Shown here: one piece after another, positions 19,701 to 26,800 of the stretch
Position numbering within the stretch: position 1 is the stretch's first letter
Layout: the number at the start of each line of letters is the position of its first letter
DNA from: an uncultured Alphaproteobacteria bacterium
GTDB taxonomy: Bacteria; Pseudomonadota; Alphaproteobacteria; RF32; CAG-239
Direction of reading: 5' to 3'
NCBI GenBank assembly: GCA_944390455.1
Contig: CALXPU010000005.1
Location: 9,252 to 73,251, forward strand
DNA length: 64,000 bases
Made by a program: the position numbers and the translations under genes
The notes under the pieces: generated by a model
Databases searched by the model: none
What the model was told of the DNA's origin: nothing
What the model saw: only the letters and a program-made list of their open reading frames with translations

Positions 19701-20009
19701 AACATCAACCCCCAGAACAAATTTGTTCATATTAATTTGTGCTGGCGTTACTTTTATTGGCTTGCTCTTTCCTTCACCTGTTGTTGCTTCGGTATCTATA
19801 AATATTGGACCTGCATCTGCACCTATTTCAGGTAAGATATTCTGATTTTCCACAAAATCAGGCGCATCCTCTTCTGGGTTATAAACTTCTGTATCAGAGG
19901 ATATTACAAGCAAACCAAACAAAAAGAAACAGAATGCGATAATTCCTATCGTAAAAATTATCTTTCGAGTTTTTCTCTCATATTCTTCAAACCGAGTATT
20001 TTCACTCAT
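13731..20009 (-). CDS. 2092-aa bitopic repeat protein between virB9 and virB10. It has an N-terminal transmembrane segment and is then made almost entirely of tandem 17-residue 'DxDGxVIGYVDENGNV'-type repeats. It resembles the N-terminal half of the adjacent VirB10 but has no TrbI domain.
   Basis: A single hydrophobic helix (IIFTIGIIAFCFFLFGLLVI) lies near the N-terminus. Period-17 repeats such as LPDGTVVDENGNVIGKA and DKDGNVIGYVDENGNVI run for well over 100 units. The repeats at residues ~230-1330 are very regular; the more C-terminal ones are degenerate. The gene overlaps the virB10 start by 29 nt and the virB9 stop by 4 nt. Confidence 0.7.
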   Translation of the reverse strand: MSENTRFEEYERKTRKIIFTIGIIAFCFFLFGLLVISSDTEVYNPEEDAPDFVENQNILPEIGADAGPIFIDTEATTGEGKSKPIKVTPAQINMNKFVLGVDVQNQSVLTIGTDGSESIHIERVELVEETEDGFDFRDKCRNRDLRGDETCNVLITWAPHLPGNVQNNFKIIWYETRLDKSSAKSEEVSIRGSAVYPEDNQQNCSAGSGCSIGDDGGIGAHRLAIGPNGEIIGYIDEAGNVHDKDGNIIGKVNEDGLIVDSDGNIIGVAQNMKLAYDKDGNIIGYVKTDGTVVDLQGEVIGKALPDGTIVNSNGEIIGKAVEAGFVYDKNGKIIGRALPDGTVVDINDPKKIIGRLNENGEVVDENGNVIGKVTSSGNIVVDENGNVLGVVMPDNSVVDQDGNVVGYVDENGNVYKIAKEKIGTNGESRKIVYDKDGKAIGYIDENGKVVKFDQDKNKSNVIGKVGVSRRLAYDKDGNVIGYVDKDGTVKDFKGNVIGKVDKDGNIVDKNGKIIGKAGAYAKLALDKNGKVIGYVDEQGRVFDHNGKHIGNVDKNGNIISTKQADTNGNKKRIALGKDGKPIGYIDDDGNVIDFEGNVIGKVNDKGEIIGKNGQKIGKAGNYATVAFDKKGNVIGIVDDKGRVIGKNGALLGYVDDKGQIIGTNGKIIGKAGTSREIAYDKNGKFIGYVDTDGTVKGCGGSVIGKKDSSGNVVDKDGKIIGKVGGIKELAFNNQGVFIGYIDEKKRVINCDGKIIGVVDKNGNIIASSGEKLGVAGNFKRLAYDKNGKVIGYVTPDGTVKDFKGNLIGRMAEDGSILDKNGRVIGKAGEYRQVATDKNGNIIGYVENGRVVDENGKLVGFIDKNGNVIKAGDKIIGRTCVRKKIIKNKQGLVIGYLDKNNVVKNFSGKTLGSNKNGDVVDNKGLLIGTTGELLNVVQKSEGNVIGYIDAQNYVKGDEDKIIGIVDIKGDVLGAKENVIGKLDADKKTLRDNGNNVIGYMKENNFAFSSDNKLIGYVTKDNEVKAVGEVICTACKSVKLAYDKDGNIIGYVDENGNVIDENGNIVGKVDEKGNVLDKNGKIIGKVGGAKNLAYDKNGKVIGFVDKDGTVKDFKGNVIGYVDENGNILNNTNEVIGNVDKKGTLAYDKNGKVIGYVDKDGNVYDFKGNLLGKATKDGRIIDAYGREIGKTGDTKTLALDKDGNVIGYVEDDGKVYGENGELIGFMDENGNIIGVTGEVLGKADINRQLAYDKDGNVIGYVDEDGTVRDFDGKLLGYLGEDGSINDINGNIIGKAGDFAKVVLDKDGNVIGYVDDKGKVIGNNGKVIGFVAEDGNVYGSNGEVIGRLAENGDGNLKVISRKAILDEAGNVIGYVDENGIARDLNGNVIGTVQEDGSVKDSKGNIIGKVGGMVDFTVDENGKIVGQVGDYSNLAVDENGNVIGYIGEDGKVYNANGIVIGYIDENGNVISSRGVRIGTVVKKDMIAISPAGYSLGIINNKGEVINNKEEIVGKILPNSLIKSIEGEKIIGKTVIGGMAVGWGCQHLGYVDRDAKVKKDGKETEYRMMFDRTIVDKDGNYVGDIAKVGIVRDEKCNIIGKAGYDGFVRNDEGGYVGCVNPDGGVLNQDGKLIGKVFEPSYGLYYSGEMMGPLNQDGTVKNGLQAIGCANLDGEILNKDGFIIGQVMDKTQAFGVNGDFINNLSTFKYDNQTVIPNTKVLLNKYLVNPKLEVKGVLLPEKNIVVDANGNTIGHLFADGYVYNQKGIAVDKFVYEGNSFYSKKAGKIINKGTVVDFNGNYIGIANDAGKVIDVLGTELGYIDGKGRMFDKQGEYKGGLVKTGVGIGYDGSYLGYVSKSGKVIDVDGNVSGNVGSEGHILDENKQIIGEVIKEDFVIDIQGKTRGYLNALGDIIDDEDNIVTTILPGGTSNKNYNVVKRGVVLNYSGKIIGQVVADGSIISTENTKIGHILNSGQAVNDKGFLIGELVEDDIVINEEDQVVGFVNAEGKVLNKERSVIGKIISSNLVVDNNGKILGHSYKIGANILGNDGKFLGRLASNGTIYSLTNGKIGYLKSNGSYVNIRNQVSGYVLDEVAQNRRN

Positions 20010-21973
20010 TGTATTCTGACCACACTACAAAATATACCATTACGCCCTAGTTGACTGCAAATATTATCTCCTTCTTCCAGAGATTTAACCGGTCCAACAC
20101 GCAAATGAAAAACTTCTTTTCCTTGTCCGTCTGCCGGTGTATCTACGGAATAGAATGGTTGATATTTGCCTAGTGTTGCTGAATAATTCTTTGAAATATC
20201 ATTCCATAATTTCTCTAAATTATTTACATCTTTATCCGTTCCTAACTCTATAGAAATATTACTTTCATCGGTATTTGCGAATACTTTTCCTTCTCTAAAT
20301 TCTTTGAGCAAAGCTTCTGTTTCAGCTGAAACAACGGAATTATGCTTTTCTAAATCATTATCTTTAGGCGTAATCAACACCGGACTAGAGTTATTACTTG
20401 AGTTACCGATTTTTGACGCACCATTAGGTATCTGTATATTTTGTTGTGTATCTTTTTGATACGTAACAGATGCATTTGGCTTATCATTATATTGAGGCGT
20501 TACAAATTCAGCACCATTTGCTTTTATATCATACTGCCCCGTTAGATTTTCTTGCTTTTGTTCAACTTCTGGAGCTGCAACAAAAGTTTTTGCTTTTGGT
20601 AAGGTATCTAATAATGTTGTTTCCTCACCAGCGGCTTGTCCTTGAGAAGTTCCTTTGGAAGCGGCATTATTTGTTTCTGCAACTACAGGTTTAACTTGAG
20701 CACCATTTGTTGTACCTTTCTTTCCACTAATCATATCCTCATAACTCAATCCATTAGAATCTGTTGATGAAGAGTTGTCTTTAGTTTCGGCTGGCCCAAA
20801 GAATGAGCTTATGCCAAAGAAAGAATCTTTTTGATTATTGTTATTCTCCGCCTTCTTTCCATAGACGTCCTCATAGTCTTCAGAATTTTGTTCTTCATTT
20901 TCCGTAGTCTTTTGATAACGTTTTGCTTGTAAATCCCATTCATTTGTTTTTGCATAAACAGTATTTTCCAAACCATCCGAATCTGCTCGTCTTAGTTTTA
21001 AGCATACAATTCTTTTACCGCTACGAAGAACCATATCGCCCATACCTTCTACGATTATCAAACGGTTGTTTGGACCTGCCGTTCTAAAACCTACCGGAGT
21101 TTCTGAGCGCTCTACGATTAAGGTTACTATCGGTCTTTGGTTAGATGTAAGAGCTTTATCTCCTAAATCAATATATGTAAAAATATTATCTCTCCAGACG
21201 CGCTCCGGTGCTATTACTATATCATCAGGATTTGGAACATATACCTCAATATCAAAACGAAACTTTGTTGGATCTACCGGTATTTTTTCAATCCAGTCTT
21301 CCTTTTGTAAATCTCTTGTAAAGGTCGCATCTGCACTGCTGCCATTTTGGCCATAACTATTTGCATTTATATGTCCACCGCTATTATTGCTACCAATTAT
21401 TGCTGAACCATTTGCGTTTTGACGTCTTTTAACAACTTCTATATCAATAATAGCGTTGGTTATTCTATCTGTATTAACGGTTTCACTTTGAACATAAAAA
21501 ACATATTTATTACCCGAACGTCCGAAAACAATCATATTGGTATCCACACCAACAAATTGAGAAGAATCCGGATAAACCATTAAGCTTGAAGGGCCTTGAA
21601 TTTCTGCATTAAAAGATTGCCCATCACCGATATATACATTCTCTATAACTTCCCAATTTGGGAAATTAATCAATGTATACATTCCTTCTCTAACTCTTAC
21701 TGGTAAAACCAACTCAGGCGTCCAATAGTATTTTGTATATCCAGGACGCGTCTGTCCCTCTCCCATATGCTGCAAAGGATCTTTCCACGCGCTTTGCATC
21801 ATTCCAAGAGATCCTACACCCCCTAAATAATTCAAATTTGTGGCAGCGTAGTTACCTTGACTTTGGTCTGCATTCTGATCAAGATTATCTTTTGTTACTT
21901 GTGCTTGTACGGCAGGAACCAAAACACCTGCTGATATTAATATTACGGATAAAATGTTTGTAATTTTCATCAT
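20006..21973 (-). CDS. virB9: T4SS outer-membrane core protein VirB9, extended to 655 aa. It has a signal peptide, a VirB9 domain of about 300 aa, a N/Q/S/T-rich low-complexity spacer of about 280 aa, and a C-terminal SPOR-like domain.
   Basis: Signal peptide MMKITNILSVILISAGVLVPAVQAQ. The gene sits between virB8 and virB10. The C-terminal ~75 aa (ISIELGTDKDVNNLEKLWNDISKNY...GKEVFHLRVGPVKSLEEGDNICSQLGRNGIFCSVV) fit the two-lobed SPOR pattern (xVQlGaF...lyRVrvGPf..a...c..L...g..c.vv). Confidence 0.7.
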   Translation of the reverse strand: MMKITNILSVILISAGVLVPAVQAQVTKDNLDQNADQSQGNYAATNLNYLGGVGSLGMMQSAWKDPLQHMGEGQTRPGYTKYYWTPELVLPVRVREGMYTLINFPNWEVIENVYIGDGQSFNAEIQGPSSLMVYPDSSQFVGVDTNMIVFGRSGNKYVFYVQSETVNTDRITNAIIDIEVVKRRQNANGSAIIGSNNSGGHINANSYGQNGSSADATFTRDLQKEDWIEKIPVDPTKFRFDIEVYVPNPDDIVIAPERVWRDNIFTYIDLGDKALTSNQRPIVTLIVERSETPVGFRTAGPNNRLIIVEGMGDMVLRSGKRIVCLKLRRADSDGLENTVYAKTNEWDLQAKRYQKTTENEEQNSEDYEDVYGKKAENNNNQKDSFFGISSFFGPAETKDNSSSTDSNGLSYEDMISGKKGTTNGAQVKPVVAETNNAASKGTSQGQAAGEETTLLDTLPKAKTFVAAPEVEQKQENLTGQYDIKANGAEFVTPQYNDKPNASVTYQKDTQQNIQIPNGASKIGNSSNNSSPVLITPKDNDLEKHNSVVSAETEALLKEFREGKVFANTDESNISIELGTDKDVNNLEKLWNDISKNYSATLGKYQPFYSVDTPADGQGKEVFHLRVGPVKSLEEGDNICSQLGRNGIFCSVVRIQ

Positions 21974-21992
21974 ATAAATATCCTACACTCTA

Positions 21993-22751
21993 TTAATTTG
22001 TTTTCCGTTCAACCTGCTTATAATCAAGCACAGTAAATCCTAATGGATTTTTTAATCTTTCGCCAAAAGTTACCCTTTTTGCTCTGTATTGTATTTTTAT
22101 TGAAGCCAACCATACACTTAATCTAGGTGTTTCATATTCTGGCATCATATCTTCTACTCTGAACTCCACTTGCCACCAAGTTTCGCCGCGCTCACCACCA
22201 ACTTCTGTTACAGATGATATTTTAATATTTCTGGTTATATTGTGATTACGAATTAAATCTATTGCCTTATCTGCAAAAGTTTCTCTAAACTGGCTATATA
22301 CCCCAGGAGAAGACATTTCTTGTATTGTACTTCCAGCACCCCAACGTTGTTCCATCTCTTCCACATTATTTACAAATGTATTTCGTAGGAGGACGTACTC
22401 TCTTACAAAGATTTCTGTCAGATATTTATATTCATATATATTCTTAACAGGATGGATTGTATATATCTGGTCTTTTTTTTCTGCAAAACTAAACAAATAT
22501 GGCTCTATGCGATATAATGGCATAATAGCAAACACTACGTATGTCAGTATTAAATTGCAACACAGGCTAACGGCAAAAATGATAGCAAAAGCACGCGCGG
22601 TCCACAAGTACCTTTTTTCTGTTGCATTTTCCACAACCACATCTGCACTTCCTTTTTTTTGAGGACGCGCCATTCTGGGACGAGGCTTTTCTCCCCCTTG
22701 TCCCTCCAATAGTAGTTTTTTAGTATTTTCAGAAGATACTTGTTCGACCAT
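21993..22751 (-). CDS. virB8: T4SS protein VirB8 (paralog 2)
   Basis: 252 aa bitopic protein with a transmembrane segment (AFAIIFAVSLCCNLILTYVVFAI) and the C-terminal VirB8 motif NPLGFTVLDYK. Confidence 0.7.
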   Translation of the reverse strand: MVEQVSSENTKKLLLEGQGGEKPRPRMARPQKKGSADVVVENATEKRYLWTARAFAIIFAVSLCCNLILTYVVFAIMPLYRIEPYLFSFAEKKDQIYTIHPVKNIYEYKYLTEIFVREYVLLRNTFVNNVEEMEQRWGAGSTIQEMSSPGVYSQFRETFADKAIDLIRNHNITRNIKISSVTEVGGERGETWWQVEFRVEDMMPEYETPRLSVWLASIKIQYRAKRVTFGERLKNPLGFTVLDYKQVERKTN

Positions 22752-22762
22752 CTCTTTCCACC

Positions 22763-22951
22763 TTAGCTGATAGCCTTAAACCAATCCGGTAAAGTTTTGG
22801 GCAACTCTACTTCAATGCAAGCACATGGTGATAATTTTAATTCGTAGACATCTTTACCAATACCTACAGGCTCTGGCTCATAGTAGCTACCTACTAAGTT
22901 ACAAGCGGCTAATATTAATACTGCAGAACCAATAATTATTGCTTTATACAT
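22763..22951 (-). CDS. Small lipoprotein in the VirB7 position (candidate VirB7)
   Basis: 62 aa with a lipobox (ILAAC), located between the two virB8 paralogs upstream of virB9. The assignment rests on position, size and lipobox only. Confidence 0.35.
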   Translation of the reverse strand: MYKAIIIGSAVLILAACNLVGSYYEPEPVGIGKDVYELKLSPCACIEVELPKTLPDWFKAIS

Positions 22952-23095
22952 GATTAACCCTCTAAATAATTTTTCATCTATTTTATACTTAAAACTTTTA
23001 TTTTTAAAAGTCTAACGAGAAAATAAATTGCCTCGACTTATCAACAGGCTAAATCGCTTTATTGGTACAGTAGCATATGAATACTTAAAATTTTT

Positions 23096-23854
23096 TTAAA
23101 TCTCTATTTCACTCTGAAAATAACTATATACAACAAATCCCAGAGGATTTAATAAGCGTCGATAGGCTGTTCTTCTATTTGGATCTACATAGCCTCTGAT
23201 ATTTGCGGTCCAGAACCTTTCTTCAATAATCGGCTCAACACTGGCGCGACGGCTTAAACGATTTTGTTTGAACGTAAAATCATAGGTTTTAAACTCTATT
23301 TTCCATGTGTTGCTATTTTCACCACCGGTTCTTTCTACAGATAGTATTTCTACTGAGCGACTACTTTCTTTATCCATCATTTCTTCTTTTAATTTTGGAA
23401 AAACTTTTTCAAATTCTTTATATACCGGATAGGTTGATAAATATGAAACAAGACCGCCCCACAACCATCTATTATTCATCTCTTTTTCATCTTTAATATA
23501 GGTATTACGCAATTCTACGTATTGTTTCATAAAATTTATCATCATCTTTTCACGAGAATCCATCCAACGATCTACGCGCTCTCTTTTTACCAAAGATTGA
23601 GAATCTGATAATTCTACAAATAGTTGAGGGTCTATGACTATTTCTGGAGCCAACTTTAGTATGGATAATGTGGTGCAAACACCGTATAACAGCGACACTG
23701 TTGCCAGCATCGCCATTAAACGGCTTATCCACTTATAATAAATCAATTTAGCTCTTTTTACTTCAACGACATCTTCTGTTATAAATGCCGGTGCTTCTTT
23801 AGGCTTTCCTTTATCTGCTATTTGCAGTATTTTTTGATTTATTAAATTTACCAT
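23096..23854 (-). CDS. virB8: T4SS protein VirB8 (paralog 1)
   Basis: 252 aa with a transmembrane segment (LMAMLATVSLLYGVCTTLSIL) and C-terminal NPLGFVVYSYFQ. It is the same length as paralog 2 and similar in overall sequence. Confidence 0.7.
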   Translation of the reverse strand: MVNLINQKILQIADKGKPKEAPAFITEDVVEVKRAKLIYYKWISRLMAMLATVSLLYGVCTTLSILKLAPEIVIDPQLFVELSDSQSLVKRERVDRWMDSREKMMINFMKQYVELRNTYIKDEKEMNNRWLWGGLVSYLSTYPVYKEFEKVFPKLKEEMMDKESSRSVEILSVERTGGENSNTWKIEFKTYDFTFKQNRLSRRASVEPIIEERFWTANIRGYVDPNRRTAYRRLLNPLGFVVYSYFQSEIEI

Positions 23855-23874
23855 TCTTTCTTTTTATTCCTCGC

Positions 23875-26800
23875 TTAATATATTGGTGAATAAGGAACAG
23901 CTTGGCTTTGGTTATCCATAGAAGTCAAACCTTCTTCTGTTGCATCCAGAGAAGCTTTTCGGTTTGCTTTTGCTTCCTCAACGGCTTCTTTGACCTCTTC
24001 CGGTGTTGCATTTGGTTGGATGTAGGAAAGTTCGTCCGCATCAACTTCAAAAGAATCTAAGTAATCTTGAATATTTTGGATACGTTCTGTCACTTTCTCA
24101 TTACCTTCTATAGACTTAACCTCATTAAATCCTTCATATTCTCCGTCTTCATCACTATATCCATTTAATGCCTTCTTAATAGCTTCATCTTTCAAGTCAT
24201 TAAGTTTGCAGAAGATGGTGTCATAGTATGAACCAGATCCAGATTGTGCACATTGTACATCATATGCATCATCTGCTGAATTTTTCGCTAATCCTCCATT
24301 TTCCATTATATATGTTGCGCAAACACTATCTGCGTCATCTCCACTTTCGCCATTGACGGTTTCACCATAATTATGAAGTTGTCCGCATAATGTTTGTAGA
24401 GAATCTATAACGTCTTCTTTATTCTTTTCTAGAGATGTTAAAGCTGTGTGTTCTGCGTTTACAGCCTCTAAGAAAGAACCTATAAGATTTCTCTTAAATA
24501 CAGCTGTGTCTGCTCGTTGACGTTCAATACTATTTTCCTGATTGTTATCATCCAGCAGGTAGTTATAGATATTCTTTAAGATTGGGCGATATTGTAAATC
24601 ACCATTCAAGAATTGACCTAATTCGCTGTATTTTGTATACATCGGCTCAGAGATGCTGCCCAGACTACCTTGTAATGCTTTGGATTTGTTATCATCTTTT
24701 GCATCATGGTCAGCTAATAAATGACGAACTCCTCCCTTATAGCTTTCAACTTCTTGGCATTCCTCAACTTTAGCAATACCGCTTGGTAGTCCAGAACGTT
24801 GCTTAAATTGAATATCTCTAACATTATCACCTCCGGCAATATCAATGTATTTGCCTCCTAATTTGCATGGATATACACCGGCTCTGTCAATAATGGTTCT
24901 GTAATGCCATTCTGCAGCACCATCAATTCCTTCATTGTTTAGATATTTTTTCAACTTATCTAAACCATAGGAGCGTTCAACAAATGTATGTTGATACTTT
25001 TCTGGTCCAGGTCTTAAGTTCGGCGTTGCTAGTAAATATCTCCATACTTCAGGAATATATTCAACAGCGTCTTCTGTTCCTTTGTATTTCAAATCAACAA
25101 GAGCTGACAGTGATGGTTTACCATCTTGTTGGGGCACATCATCATAGTCTAAAGCGCTAAAGTAAAATACTTCTCTTACCGGAGCCAGGTTCAACAAAGG
25201 TTTTCTTGGCGCGCGATAGTCACGTCCGTCATTTTCATCAAAGACGAAGTTTGTATTATCACGTCCGAATTGAGCAAAAGTATTTGTTCCTTCATATCCG
25301 CCTCTTGCTGGTAAGGCTGCAAAGTAATCATCATCTGTTGCTACATTATCCGGCATACCAAAGACTTCCTGTAAATTAATTTCTGCTGCATCTAAAATAC
25401 TCTGATTTTCAGCTTTCTTTAAGTCTTCAAGTAACTGGTAGTGTCTTGCAGTTACAGCTTGGGTACCTTCAGCAGCTCCGTCTGCGGCATAATTATCGTG
25501 TTTGTAGATTTCTGGATTTGCTTCAGTGCCTTCCTTACCGGTTACACCCCACTCTTCCATAACTTCTGTTACTTCTTCAACGGCTGCATCAATTTCATCT
25601 TTAACAATTTTATCAGCTTTATTGATATATGCGTTACTGCCTTCAGCTAAATCAGCTTTTGCTTCCTCTACGGATTTCTCTTTTAAGGCTTTTGCCAGCG
25701 TTGTTGGTGTATATAGCCCATCTGCTACACCATATGGTGCCAAGCAGCCTCCTTCTACAACAAATTTTCTGACTACTTTTCCTTCGTTACTTAGTTTATT
25801 TGCCGCGTAGCTTAGCCATGAACCATCTGCAAACCATCTGTCTTCAATACCTTTTTTGACTAATTCCGGTAATTCTCCGGCAACGGCACTTTCGCTATTC
25901 GCCGAGCCATTGCCATACATTACTCGGGCTATTGTCCAACTCAGATTGTCATATTTATATTCATGGCTGTATCCATCTCGACATATAACTCCCAAAGGAC
26001 CATATCCTTTGCACCATTCACGATTTTCGCTAACCATTCTATCTGGTTCGGTACCATCTTCTTTGGTTTCCAATTTATCTTCAAATTCTTTATTTGCAGC
26101 TTCTAATTCAGCTTGTCCTTCTTCTGACTTCCTTATATAGTCTTCTGCAAATTTTGTTGCCGTATTCTCTAGTTGTTCATTCAATGAATCAATTTTATCT
26201 TGTAAAACGTTCATCATTGACTGTGTACTGTCTATTTCTGTATTTTGAGTGGTGATGACTTTGTCTAAATCCTCTATCTTATCGAATTTATCATCATCAC
26301 GTGTGTTTTCATCATACGGCTCTTCTTTATTTGCTGTATTTCTATATTGTGAACATACTTCATATGTATCATCATTTTCCGGTGCTCCATAGCAAATGTA
26401 TGCTAACTCTTCTTTAAGAGCAGGAATTTGGCCAATTCTCTGTGCTAGTGTTGGATTTTCAAACTTATCTAAATCCTCTCCCGCACCGATGGTTAATGAT
26501 TCAATTTCCTTTTGTAGGCTCTTGGGTTTCGGGCTTCTTTCATCTAAACGTGCTTGCAATTCTTCAACACGATTTTCCAACTCTTCTATTTGTGAAGTAA
26601 TTGCTGATACTCTCTTTAATGAGCGTTGGCGCTGTTGAATAGCATCATTTTTTATATCTGTTGCATCACTTAATTTCTGACCATAAGAGCTTCTTTGGGC
26701 AATCGTTGCTTGCAGCTGTGATTTAAGATCTTTTATATCACTTTCGTACTTTTGAATGAATGCCTTTAATTCTGCTTCAATCTTCTTACGCAATTCCAGA

